The notes below the pieces were generated by a model that saw nothing but the letters and a program-made list of their open reading frames with translations, had not been told where the DNA came from and made no database searches. A program made the position numbers and the translations under genes. Below, piece by piece: positions 1 through 9,380 of a DNA stretch of 64,000 nt. How positions within the stretch are numbered: the first letter of the stretch is position 1; each line of letters starts with the position of its first letter. This DNA comes from Brachymonas sp. (GTDB taxonomy: Bacteria; Pseudomonadota; Gammaproteobacteria; Burkholderiales; Burkholderiaceae_C), in the NCBI GenBank assembly GCA_035906235.1, contig JAMIFN010000132.1, positions 1,542 through 65,541 of the forward strand, read 5' to 3'.

Positions 1-6
1 TCGCAT

Positions 7-1764
7 TTAGAAGGTATATTTAACCCCAAGACCCACAAAGTCTCTATCCGTCAAAACCCTAGAGCCGAAGTCATCGGTGGATGGCTTGCCGAGCCAATTG
101 ACATAGCTCGCACTTAATTGTAAATTCCCACGCGTAAACTCCGTGGATACACCGAAAATCTTATCGCCCTTGCCTCCCAAATTGCTGAGCATATTTTGCC
201 CCAAAAGCTGTTGGCTATAGCTGATTGGTACGCTCAAATCCCACCCCTCGGCAATACCTGGGTAATCGAGCTGGAAGCGAGCCTGAACACCTAGGTTATT
301 TTTCGAATACAAACGCAGCTGATCCACAACAGGCCTAACCCCTGCGGTAAACGGCAATTCCGTTGCTTTCAGGCCACTAACATTAACCCATGCGGCCTCT
401 GCCAATAAAAGTGTTCTAGGCGCCAAGAAAGTGCGCCCAAAATTAGCAAAAGTATTGAGGTTGATTTGTGTCAGATTGGCGGTTGTTGGGCCATAAATCG
501 GCTTTGTAACCGTTCCGAATTTGGCAACTACATTATCATTACCGGCCAACACGGGCGCACCGCGTCGGTGAGCGATTTCACCGCCCACGACAAATTCGCC
601 TAAAGAGGTGGTAAAACTCGCACCCAATAAATGAACATTAGGCTGGTAAAAGCGCTGCCAATAATCTGGCGTCCCAGCCGCGCCAGCCACATTTTTATAC
701 ATAATGAGTGGCATAGGAACCCGCTCATGGTATCGAAGGTAATAGATACCCAACTCAGTTTCTTCAGAGACGCGTTGTCGCAAGCCTATTCCTGCAGATC
801 CATTTTTATCAGGAGTGATATCATCGCGAACATCACCACCGGCGGGATTTGCCGATGGCTTTCCTGCTGCGCTATTGAGTTCTGGCAAACGCCCATTAAA
901 TGGCAACACACGACACCCTTGCCCAGGAACCCACTCTGTTAAACAGCGCCCACCGGGGCCAATAATGTCGCTTCGAGCCAGATAGCTACCTGGCGCATCA
1001 ATGACGGTAGGATGCCAGCCAAATTGATAATGTGCCAACAGGGTAGTTTTTGGCCCTACCTGCCACGACATCGAAATTTGGTCTTCCGGCAACATGATTT
1101 CTTTAATTTCAGTGCCTGGCACATTGGCCTTACTACCATCTAAAGGCCCTTGCGCCATCGAAATATTAGGGAAGAACAAACTTTCACCCCAGCTCACGAC
1201 ATGGCGACCCAATTTGATATTAGCACGACGGCCAAAAATGTCCGTATTTGTATAAGCATAAGCATCCAAAAACCTAGAGTAGCCTCCGTGGAGTCGTTTT
1301 GCCTCAGCAGAGAATGCCCCTCTTGCCGCGTCGTTGCTGTTTCTGATATCGATATCTGTCCCAGTTGGGATTTTTCCATTATTAAGGAATGGTTTAAATT
1401 TATCCGGCCGGCTATCCGTGCCACGATGGTACACATCATCATAAAATGTAGAACCATTGAGAACAAACCCCGAATCACCTTTGCTTAATTTGGTTTGGAA
1501 AAGTGCGCTAGCACGGTTATTCACTAACGACCACTGATCAAAGTTGTTGTCGCCATCGTTATAGCGAACCGCCCACATATTTCGCTCGCCAGTCAATAAG
1601 GGATCTGGCTTAGCAACCCGCATAGCCACATTATAACTAGCCGTAATGCTCCAGTCCAAATTTACCCCGTTCTCAAACTCAATGGTTTCACCGGCTTGCG
1701 CTGCACCCATGACCATCACGCTGAGAGCCAAGGATAAAGTCGTTTTTTTGAAATTTGTTTTCAT
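7..1764 (-). CDS. DUF1302-family outer-membrane protein (predicted beta-barrel)
   Basis: 585-aa ORF with Sec signal MKTNFKKTTLSLALSVMVMGAAQA and an aromatic C-terminus (...GVKYTF). The segment RYNDGDNNFDQWSLVNNR resembles DUF1302. It sits next to a DUF1329 partner. Confidence 0.65.
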   Translation of the reverse strand: MKTNFKKTTLSLALSVMVMGAAQAGETIEFENGVNLDWSITASYNVAMRVAKPDPLLTGERNMWAVRYNDGDNNFDQWSLVNNRASALFQTKLSKGDSGFVLNGSTFYDDVYHRGTDSRPDKFKPFLNNGKIPTGTDIDIRNSNDAARGAFSAEAKRLHGGYSRFLDAYAYTNTDIFGRRANIKLGRHVVSWGESLFFPNISMAQGPLDGSKANVPGTEIKEIMLPEDQISMSWQVGPKTTLLAHYQFGWHPTVIDAPGSYLARSDIIGPGGRCLTEWVPGQGCRVLPFNGRLPELNSAAGKPSANPAGGDVRDDITPDKNGSAGIGLRQRVSEETELGIYYLRYHERVPMPLIMYKNVAGAAGTPDYWQRFYQPNVHLLGASFTTSLGEFVVGGEIAHRRGAPVLAGNDNVVAKFGTVTKPIYGPTTANLTQINLNTFANFGRTFLAPRTLLLAEAAWVNVSGLKATELPFTAGVRPVVDQLRLYSKNNLGVQARFQLDYPGIAEGWDLSVPISYSQQLLGQNMLSNLGGKGDKIFGVSTEFTRGNLQLSASYVNWLGKPSTDDFGSRVLTDRDFVGLGVKYTF

Positions 1765-1787
1765 GGTATCTCTGTTAAAGTTTTAGT

Positions 1788-3185
1788 TTAATTACCCATA
1801 GAACGCAGGGATTCTGGGCTGAATTGCGAGGCTTTCAGATCCCCCCTATTCAAAATCGGTGCTTTTGGCATTTCTTGAAATAAGTTGTAGGCAATATATG
1901 TTCCAGAGCTTAATTCATGATAAAAACTGGCGCCGATTTCCCAAGCTTTCATATCATAAGCATAGTAGTAATTAGCCATCGCATTACGCCACAATTTACC
2001 GCGACCATCATAGTAGTCAGCAATGAGTGTATGCCAAGTGTCTTCGTCCGCGTAATGCATTCTTTTTGAATAAAGATGACGATAGCCAGACTTTAAATCC
2101 GCCTCGATCACCCAAACGCGGCGCAACTCATACCGCATAAAATCAGGATTAGCATGCCCGGATTTTAATAAATCACTATATTTTAGTTTATTGTTAATCT
2201 TATAAGCATCCATGGGTACAAAAATTTCTTTTTTCCCAACAATTTTCCAGTTATAACGCTCGGGCGAGCCATTGAATAGCCGATCCGAATCGATGGTCAT
2301 CCGCCCGTTCACGCCAGCCATGGGCTGGTCAAAACCAAACTCGGGCAACTGGCGCACACGGCGCGTGCCCGCATCATAGATCCACGCCAAGCGCTTATCC
2401 TTGGCATAGGTATTGGGCTCCAGCGCCGTCAGCACAGTACCCTTTTCGCGTTCAGGCTTGAGAACTGCCAACAAGACATACGCAGCCACACCACTGGCCT
2501 CCATTGGATCACCCAAGGTTGCGGGATCATTCAAGGGCACCAGATTGGTATTGAGGGTACGCGACCATACGATTTTGCCATCTGCAGCAACCACGGCTGT
2601 GTCACGGTCCACGACCTCGGTCCAGGCGCGATGCGGCATGATTAAGTTCCACGCAGCCTCTTGGCCGGACTTGGGGATAGGGAAGGGAATCGTGCCTTTA
2701 AAACCCTTAAAGGCCAAGCCCCCATCCGTCAACTCGGCACCCAAGGCGTTTTTCTTGACGACAGCGCAGATTTCATCACTGTAGCGAAAGTCGCGGTGCG
2801 AGGGATAGATAGGCATTTTGAAGGTCGCGCCATATTTTTGAAACATGGCTTTTTGCCCATCGGTCAGCTTATCCTCGTACTGCGCCATATTGTCAGCCGT
2901 AATGACGAACAAAGGTTTCTCGTTGGCATAAGGATCGGGCGAAAACTGCCCCACATTGGGGCGATAAGGAATTCCAGGCGGGCTGCCTAGCCATTTACCA
3001 CTGAATGCGGGAATGCTCCCCTCTTTGTTTCCGGTTTTTTCTGCCCCGATGCAGGTGAGGTCTTTGCCAAGTCGCTCGGCCTCAACCGCGGTGATTTTTG
3101 CCTGGACCGATGTGGCGCACACGGCGGCGGCAGCCACCACGCCCAAGCGCAGCAGCCATGATTTGTTCAGCAATGGTGTTCGCAT
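1788..3185 (-). CDS. DUF1329-family (LolA-like) periplasmic/outer-membrane-associated protein
   Basis: The ORF is trimmed to the internal start MRTPLLNKSWLLRLGVVAAAAVCATSVQA (signal peptide). LGKDLTCIGAEKTGNKEGSIPAFSG matches the DUF1329 N-terminal signature. Pairing with DUF1302 is typical. Confidence 0.65.
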   Translation of the reverse strand: MRTPLLNKSWLLRLGVVAAAAVCATSVQAKITAVEAERLGKDLTCIGAEKTGNKEGSIPAFSGKWLGSPPGIPYRPNVGQFSPDPYANEKPLFVITADNMAQYEDKLTDGQKAMFQKYGATFKMPIYPSHRDFRYSDEICAVVKKNALGAELTDGGLAFKGFKGTIPFPIPKSGQEAAWNLIMPHRAWTEVVDRDTAVVAADGKIVWSRTLNTNLVPLNDPATLGDPMEASGVAAYVLLAVLKPEREKGTVLTALEPNTYAKDKRLAWIYDAGTRRVRQLPEFGFDQPMAGVNGRMTIDSDRLFNGSPERYNWKIVGKKEIFVPMDAYKINNKLKYSDLLKSGHANPDFMRYELRRVWVIEADLKSGYRHLYSKRMHYADEDTWHTLIADYYDGRGKLWRNAMANYYYAYDMKAWEIGASFYHELSSGTYIAYNLFQEMPKAPILNRGDLKASQFSPESLRSMGN

Positions 3186-3500
3186 CCAATGACTCCTTGC
3201 CCAAAATTCAGGGAAGGCAAAAGCCCGCAGCCTGAAACTACAGGTAACCATCATAAATGGCAGCCTGCATAAGGACCGTGAACTTCGGGCATTATCCGCC
3301 TAGGGGTTTCCACCAAAACGAAAAAAAACACCTGTTGATGAGATCCCCCACAGACATTCATCCTGCAAACTGCGCAGAGTCTTTGCACCGTACAATTGCA
3401 CAAAAACAACAAAACTCCCTTATTGAAGCCAGCCGCACTTCCCATCCCAACCGATCTCTCCATGCCTGACCTAGCCTTTGCAGAACATCCCGACATACAC

Positions 3501-3767
3501 ATGCTGTACGACTCCGATGCCTTTAGCCTCGTACGCCTACTTGCCCAATATGCACTAGGAACATCATCCGTCGCCGCCATCCCTCGTCATGGTTTTGAAA
3601 TCGTCGACAAACAGGCAGGCAAACAGGTGTATCTAGATGGCGCGTGGGCGGAGTTTTTCCAGCAAGAATGGCGTGCGTGGGAATACAAAAACAGTACGCA
3701 GGAAGACTTGGATACGCTGCTAGAGCAATACGCGCAACTGGCGCAAAACCCTGTGCGACTGCACTAA
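3501..3767 (+). CDS. DUF3567-family small protein
   Basis: [11 protein letters not shown]...[23 protein letters not shown]...NPVRLH resembles betaproteobacterial DUF3567 proteins. The start is chosen at the internal ATG; the ORF in the track opens at 3396. Confidence 0.5.
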   Translation: MLYDSDAFSLVRLLAQYALGTSSVAAIPRHGFEIVDKQAGKQVYLDGAWAEFFQQEWRAWEYKNSTQEDLDTLLEQYAQLAQNPVRLH

Positions 3768-3778
3768 TTAAGGTTTTT

Positions 3779-4402
3779 ATGGGTATTCAACTGATCGTCG
3801 GGTTGGGCAATCCTGGCGCGGAATATGCCAAAACTCGGCACAACGCCGGTTTTTGGCTGATCGACGCCGTGGCGCAGGACTTAGGTCTGCGTTTACAGCC
3901 AGAAAAAAACTACCGCGGCTTAGTAGGGCGCGGCACTTACCGAGGGCAAAATTTATGGCTCTTGCAACCGCAGACTTTTATGAATGCTTCAGGGCAATCC
4001 GTGGCAGCTTTGGCTCGTTTTTTCAAAATTCCGCCGCAAGACATTCTGGTGGCTCACGACGAATTGGATCTAGCACCTGGCGAAGCAAAACTCAAATTGG
4101 GTGGCAGCCATGCTGGGCATAATGGTTTGCGTGATATCCACACGCAACTCGGTAGCGACCAATATTGGCGCTTACGCTTAGGTGTGGGGCATCCTGGACA
4201 AAAATCCGAGGTCGTCGGCTGGGTTCTACAAAAACCTCCAGCCGATGAACACGATGCCATCCATGGCGCAATTACCCGCTGCTTGCAGGCTTTGCCTGAT
4301 GTGTTAGCTGGCAACATGGATAAAGCCACAGCCCACATCCACACCAGTCAAGCACCGCGCCCAAAAAAACCACGCGCATCGGCTAACCCGCCTACGCTTT
4401 AA
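3779..4402 (+). CDS. pth: peptidyl-tRNA hydrolase
   Basis: [26 protein letters not shown]... is the canonical Pth N-terminus. The start is trimmed from ORF 3644..4402. Confidence 0.9.
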   Translation: MGIQLIVGLGNPGAEYAKTRHNAGFWLIDAVAQDLGLRLQPEKNYRGLVGRGTYRGQNLWLLQPQTFMNASGQSVAALARFFKIPPQDILVAHDELDLAPGEAKLKLGGSHAGHNGLRDIHTQLGSDQYWRLRLGVGHPGQKSEVVGWVLQKPPADEHDAIHGAITRCLQALPDVLAGNMDKATAHIHTSQAPRPKKPRASANPPTL

Positions 4403-4492
4403 ACCCACTCCCCACCCATCTACGCCAGAATGGGCACACAAACGCCCCCAACTCCGTACAATGTCTGTGCTGCGAACGCGGGAGGATGCATC

Positions 4493-4828
4493 ATGAATAC
4501 AGTAAGCCTTCGTCTCCTATCGGGATGTTTTACAGGACTCATACTGGCCGCTGCCAGCCCATTGGCTATGGCGCAAGCGCCGCGCCACCAGGATATTGAA
4601 AGTATCGCCACTATCGATGTGACGCTGTACATCTGCGCCAAGGCTCATCCCAGTGGCTTGACTGCGCTCAAAGCGAAACTCGAGAAAAATTTGCAAACAA
4701 TGAGTAGCCCTGCCCCCGTCTTGCGCGCGGCCAAGTCTTACTCCAACCTCTACAACTCCCAACTCAATGCCATGCTAGAGATCAGCAAACAAGAACGCAC
4801 ACAGTTCTGCAAAGAGGCCGCGCTGTAG
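4493..4828 (+). CDS. hypothetical small secreted protein
   Basis: ATG preceded by GGGAGGA. It has a signal peptide (MNTVSLRLLSGCFTGLILAAASPLAMA) and two Cys. I recognise no family. Confidence 0.45.
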   Translation: MNTVSLRLLSGCFTGLILAAASPLAMAQAPRHQDIESIATIDVTLYICAKAHPSGLTALKAKLEKNLQTMSSPAPVLRAAKSYSNLYNSQLNAMLEISKQERTQFCKEAAL

Positions 4829-4871
4829 CCCCACCATCCTTATCAATCACGCAGGACCCCATTTTGCGTAG

Positions 4872-6746
4872 ATGGCGTCAAAACTCCCGCACAATGCCAA
4901 CATGATGATGCCCCCCCCCCCTGCCCCAGAATCTGCTGCCCGCGCTAAAAAGCACGACTTCCTTGGTCTTGTCGATTGGCGGCGTTTGGTGGATTGGTTG
5001 CAAGAAGATGGGGTGGTCACAGCCCAAGAACATCAGCAAACGATAGCCCGATGCGCCCAGGCAGAAAGTGCGCAAGATGCCTTGGTGCGTTTGGCCGCAA
5101 TCGGCATCGAACGCGCGCGTGACGGTAAGTCGATGGACATCGAAGACTTAACGCAATACCTCGCCGACCGCGCGGGTTTGCCATATATGCGCATCGACCC
5201 CTTGCGCGTAGATGTGGGCAAAGTGGCCGAAGCCATGAGCGCCAACTACGCTGAGCGCCACCAAATCCTGCCCGTGCAAGTCACCCCCAGCGAAGTGGTA
5301 GTGGCCACCGCCCAGCCCTTTGCTGCCGATTGGATTGCCGAAGTCGAACGCCAAACGCGTAAAAGCGTGCGCATGGTGGTGAGCAATCCACAAGACATCA
5401 CGCGCTATATCACCGAATTTTTTACGCTCGCTCGCTCGGTGCGCGCCGCCATACGCACGGGCGCAGGCAGCCAAGGCACGGTCAATTTTGAACAACTGGT
5501 TGAGCTTGGCAAAGGCAATAAGAGTCTCGATGCCAACGACCAGGGTGTGGTGCAGCTGGTCGATTGGCTGTGGCAGTACGCCTTTGACCAACGCGCCAGC
5601 GATATCCACCTTGAACCCCGGCGCGATCAGGCCGTGGTGCGTTTCCGCATCGACGGCGTGTTGCACACGGTTTACCAGCTGCCCATGGGCGTGCTGGTGG
5701 CCATGACCGCACGCATCAAACTGTTGGCGCGCATGGATGTGGTCGAACGCCGCCGCCCGCAGGACGGGCGCATCAAAACCCGCAACAGCAAGGGTGAAGA
5801 GGTGGAAATGCGCCTCTCGTCCATGCCCACGGCTTTTGGCGAGAAAATGGTGATGCGGATTTTTGACCCCGAATCGGCCGTCAAAACCCTGACACAGCTG
5901 GGCTTTAGTCGCCACGACAGCGAACGCTGGGAAAAACTCACCGCCCGCCCCAATGGCATTATTTTGGTCACAGGCCCCACAGGATCGGGTAAAACCACCA
6001 CGCTCTACTCCACACTCAAGCGCTTGGCCACCGATGCCGTGAATGTGGCCACCATCGAAGACCCGATCGAGATGATCGAGCCGGCCTTTAACCAAACCCA
6101 AGCGCAGCCGCAGCTCGATTTTGGTTTTGCTGAAGGCGTGCGCACCCTGATGCGGCAAGACCCCGACATCATCATGATTGGTGAAATTCGCGACTTGGCC
6201 ACAGCAGAAATGGCGATTCAGGCCGCGCTCACGGGGCATTTGGTGTTTTCGACCTTGCACACCAACGACGCGCCTTCGGCGATTTCGCGCTTGGTGGATT
6301 TAGGTGTGCCGCCCTATTTACTCAACGCCACCATTTTGGGCGTGCTGGCCCAGCGCCTAGTACGCGCCCTGTGCAAAGAGTGCCGCCAAAAAGACACCAC
6401 GCACGAGCAGCAAAGCCTCTTGGCCGAAGCCGTCAAACCCTGGGACATCAAGGGTGAATATCGAGGCTACCGCGCGGTGGGCTGCATCGAGTGCCGCATG
6501 ACGGGCTACCGGGGGCGCGTGGGCATTTACGAGCTGCTGAGCATCAGCGAGCAATTCAAAGCCCAGGTTGGCGAAAGCCCCGATATGGACGCGCTCCGCG
6601 CCCAAGCCATCAAAGACGGCATGCGCCCCCTGCGCTTGGCTGGCAGTCTGCGCGTGGCCGATGGCAGCACCACGCTGGAAGAAGTCTTGGCCGCCACCCC
6701 GCCTGCACCCAAAATGAAAAAAGCGCAGCCTACGGCTACGCCTTGA
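4872..6746 (+). CDS. GspE/PilB-family type II/IV secretion ATPase (orphan)
   Basis: Walker A GPTGSGKTTT, Walker B/Asp box DPDIIMIGEIRD, His box LTGHLVFSTLHTND, and a tetracysteine CKEC...CIEC motif. The N-terminal region is T2SSE_N-like. No pil or gsp partner genes are nearby. Confidence 0.85.
   Translation: MASKLPHNANMMMPPPPAPESAARAKKHDFLGLVDWRRLVDWLQEDGVVTAQEHQQTIARCAQAESAQDALVRLAAIGIERARDGKSMDIEDLTQYLADRAGLPYMRIDPLRVDVGKVAEAMSANYAERHQILPVQVTPSEVVVATAQPFAADWIAEVERQTRKSVRMVVSNPQDITRYITEFFTLARSVRAAIRTGAGSQGTVNFEQLVELGKGNKSLDANDQGVVQLVDWLWQYAFDQRASDIHLEPRRDQAVVRFRIDGVLHTVYQLPMGVLVAMTARIKLLARMDVVERRRPQDGRIKTRNSKGEEVEMRLSSMPTAFGEKMVMRIFDPESAVKTLTQLGFSRHDSERWEKLTARPNGIILVTGPTGSGKTTTLYSTLKRLATDAVNVATIEDPIEMIEPAFNQTQAQPQLDFGFAEGVRTLMRQDPDIIMIGEIRDLATAEMAIQAALTGHLVFSTLHTNDAPSAISRLVDLGVPPYLLNATILGVLAQRLVRALCKECRQKDTTHEQQSLLAEAVKPWDIKGEYRGYRAVGCIECRMTGYRGRVGIYELLSISEQFKAQVGESPDMDALRAQAIKDGMRPLRLAGSLRVADGSTTLEEVLAATPPAPKMKKAQPTATP
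4911..4921 (+). repeat. homopolymeric C11 tract inside the 5' end of the ATPase ORF
   Basis: atgatgatg-ccccccccccc-tgcc encodes MMMPPPPA. Confidence 0.9.
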
Positions 6747-6799
6747 TTTTTCAGGCCATTTTTGGCAATTCAGGCCGTAAAACCTGCCTGAATAGCTCC
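6747..6799 (+). repeat. 55-bp dispersed repeat, copy 1
   Basis: Core aaacctgcctgaatagct has 2 mismatches to the consensus AAACCTGCCTGAGCAGCT. A T-tract-rich left arm precedes it. Confidence 0.8.
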
Positions 6800-6835
6800 T
6801 AAAAATGAAGCAGCCTCAACACTGGGTTCAAGCTT

Positions 6836-6888
6836 GTTTTCAGGGTATTTTCGATGTTATAGGCCGTAAAACCTGCCTGAGCAGCTCC
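6836..6888 (+). repeat. 55-bp dispersed repeat, copy 2
   Basis: Exact core with left arm gttttcagggtattttcgatgttataggccgtaa. It is in tandem with copy 1. Confidence 0.85.
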
Positions 6889-6916
6889 CAAATCAGGAGC
6901 AATCAAGCTCCACTCT

Positions 6917-7726
6917 TTACAGCACTTGGTATTTGCTGAACTCTGCCAGCCACTGCACCATTTGCCCGTAGATGCGTGGATTGGCAGCCAAGCATTCGCG
7001 TTGCTCAAGGAAGTCGCTTTCAAACTCGCCCGTGAAATTGCCGATCAGGCCGCCCGCCTCTTGCACCAGCAGCGCGCCTGCTGCCATATCCCAAGATGCC
7101 AGGCCTTTTTCAAAATAACCATCGCTCATGCCCATGGCGACAAAGGCCAAATCCAGCGCGGCAGAACCTGTGCGGCGCACGCCCGCACACTTTTGCATGG
7201 CCAGTTTGTACAGGCGCAAATGCTCATCAATATTGTCCCCAGGGCGCAGCGCCAAACCTGTGGTCAGCAGGCAATCGGACAGCTGGGTGCGTTTGCCCAC
7301 GCGCATACGCTTTTCGTTCAAAAATGCGCCACGGCCTTTGGTGGCGGTGTACAAATCGTTGCGCACGGGGTCGTAAATCACCGCCTGCTCCAGCTTGCCT
7401 GCTACTTGCAGGGCGATGCTGGTGCAATACATGGGAAAACCGTGCAAATAGTTGCTGGTGCCGTCCAGCGGATCGATGATCCAAACGAAATCGGAGCCCT
7501 GATTGCCGTGCTGCGCACCCGACTCTTCGGCCAGCACCGCGTGGCGCGGATAGGCTTCGAGCAGGGTTTCGATGATGATTTTTTCGGCCGCCTCGTCCAC
7601 CTCGCTGACCATGTCGTTGAGCTGCTTGCGCGCTACGCGCACGCTGTCGAGATCCATCGAGGCACGGTTGATGATGCCGCCAGCGGCACGCGCCGCTTTG
7701 ATGGCGATATTGAGCATAGGGTGCAA
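6917..7726 (-). CDS. suhB: inositol monophosphatase family protein SuhB
   Basis: (M)HPMLNIAIKAARAAGGIINRA..., LAEESG and WIIDPLDGTSNY motifs. A TTG start at 7726 reproduces the conserved MHPMLNIA N-terminus. The longer ORF runs to 7804. Confidence 0.85.
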   Translation of the reverse strand: MHPMLNIAIKAARAAGGIINRASMDLDSVRVARKQLNDMVSEVDEAAEKIIIETLLEAYPRHAVLAEESGAQHGNQGSDFVWIIDPLDGTSNYLHGFPMYCTSIALQVAGKLEQAVIYDPVRNDLYTATKGRGAFLNEKRMRVGKRTQLSDCLLTTGLALRPGDNIDEHLRLYKLAMQKCAGVRRTGSAALDLAFVAMGMSDGYFEKGLASWDMAAGALLVQEAGGLIGNFTGEFESDFLEQRECLAANPRIYGQMVQWLAEFSKYQVL

Positions 7727-7961
7727 GCTAGCGCCCGCGACAGCAGGTTTGGAATAGGTGGACATGGCAAATTGTTCAAAGAGCAAAGAAAAGCGCCTAG
7801 ACAAAACAAGGACTAGGCGATTGGAATGGCGCGTATTTTCCCACGAACTGCGCCTGCTTGCACGGCCGATGCGTGAAACAGGAGCGGACTAACTGCCAGC
7901 TCAGTCACTGGCGCTACACTCTGCGCCTGAAAAATACGGATTTGGCGAAAAGGTTTCACGC

Positions 7962-8855
7962 ATGGCAACGAAAAAAAACAAGGGTTTGGGTCTGGGTCTA
8001 GATGCTTTACTAGGCCCTAAAGTGACGGAAACCCCAGCGGGCGATGACAGCCCGCGCGAGCTGAAATTGACGCAAATGGTCGCAGGCCAATACCAGCCAC
8101 GCACGCGCATGGACGAAGGCGCGCTGTACGAGCTGGCCGAAAGCATCAAAAGCCAGGGCATCATGCAGCCGATTTTGGTGCGCAAGCTCCCCGCAGGCGC
8201 GCACGCGGGAAAATACGAAATCATTGCTGGCGAACGGCGTTTTCGCGCCGCCAAATTAGCCGGCTTGACGCAAGTGCCGGTGCTGGTGCGCGAAGTCAGC
8301 GACGAGAACACCGCCATCATGGCGCTGATCGAGAATATGCAGCGCGAAGACCTGAACGCGCTGGAAGAAGCCCAAGGTCTGCAGCGCCTGATCAGCGAAT
8401 TCAAATTGACGCACGAGCAAGCCGCGCAAGCCGTGGGCAAATCGCGTAGCGCCGCCAGCAATTTGATGCGCTTACTCAACCTCACGCCAGCCGTGCAAGA
8501 CATGCTGATGGCGGGCGATATCGATATGGGGCACGCCCGCGCTCTGCTGGCGGTCGATCATGCGCAGCAAATCACCCTGGCGCACGAAATTGCGGGCAAA
8601 AAACTCAGCGTGCGCCAAGCCGAAGCACTGGTCAAAAAAGCCCAACAGCAAGGCGACGGCAGCGCCAAGGTTGGCAAAACCGACAAATCTGGCGACATCA
8701 AACGCATCGAGGAAGAACTGTCGGATTTGCTAATGGCGCAAGTGGCCATCAGCGTGAAAAAAGGCCGTGGCAAAAACCTCAGCGGCAACCTCAGCATCAA
8801 TTTTGGCTCGCTCGATGCGCTCAATGGCCTGATTGAGCGCTTACGCGGCGCCTAA
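7962..8855 (+). CDS. parB: chromosome-partitioning protein ParB (Spo0J type)
   Basis: GLGLGLDALLG, the IIAGERRFRAAKLAG arginine patch, and an HTH (LTHEQAAQAVGKSRSAASNLMRLL). No parA is adjacent. Confidence 0.85.
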   Translation: MATKKNKGLGLGLDALLGPKVTETPAGDDSPRELKLTQMVAGQYQPRTRMDEGALYELAESIKSQGIMQPILVRKLPAGAHAGKYEIIAGERRFRAAKLAGLTQVPVLVREVSDENTAIMALIENMQREDLNALEEAQGLQRLISEFKLTHEQAAQAVGKSRSAASNLMRLLNLTPAVQDMLMAGDIDMGHARALLAVDHAQQITLAHEIAGKKLSVRQAEALVKKAQQQGDGSAKVGKTDKSGDIKRIEEELSDLLMAQVAISVKKGRGKNLSGNLSINFGSLDALNGLIERLRGA

Positions 8856-8911
8856 AGCCCGCTACACTGCGACCAACCCCAAGGGGGACTTCTTTTGCAG
8901 GAGGGCACATC

Positions 8912-9340
8912 ATGGACAGCATGAATTGGCAATATTGGTGGTGGACGGCAGCGATCGTGCTGGCGGTGGCAGAAATGGCCACGGGAACTTTTTATCTCTT
9001 GGTTATCGCTTGTGCGGCAGCGTTCTCGGGGCTGCTGGCTTGGCTGGGCTTGAGCGAACTGGTGCAATTGGCCGCAGCCAGCGTCAGCACCGTGCTGGGC
9101 ATCGTCTGCATTCAGCTGTATAAAAAACGCTGTGCGCGGCAAGCGCCCAAACTGGGCAATAACCTCGATATCGGCCAAACCGTCGAGGTGCTGGTCTGGG
9201 TCGGCAATGAAGGCCGCGCGCGGGTGGATTACCGTGGCACGCAGTGGGATGCCAGATTGGACGATTTAAGCCTAGAGCGGGGCGAGCGCATGCGCATCAT
9301 CGGCGCCGAGGGTTCGACTTTTATTTTGGGCGCGGTCTAA
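8912..9340 (+). CDS. NfeD-family membrane protein
   Basis: Three N-terminal TM helices plus a C-terminal OB-like soluble domain. It lies immediately upstream of an SPFH gene, the classic NfeD-stomatin pair. Confidence 0.7.
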   Translation: MDSMNWQYWWWTAAIVLAVAEMATGTFYLLVIACAAAFSGLLAWLGLSELVQLAAASVSTVLGIVCIQLYKKRCARQAPKLGNNLDIGQTVEVLVWVGNEGRARVDYRGTQWDARLDDLSLERGERMRIIGAEGSTFILGAV

Positions 9341-9380
9341 AACGATACGCGCTAATTTTTAACTTGATGGGAGTATTTTG

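Noticed and set aside
5148-6260. A 370-aa ORF antisense to the GspE-like ATPase gene.
   Set aside because: It is a shadow ORF opposite a gene with unambiguous ATPase motifs, and it contains no recognisable motifs of its own.
6926-7816. A 296-aa ORF antisense to suhB.
   Set aside because: It is a mirror frame of suhB. The suhB frame carries the inositol monophosphatase motifs.
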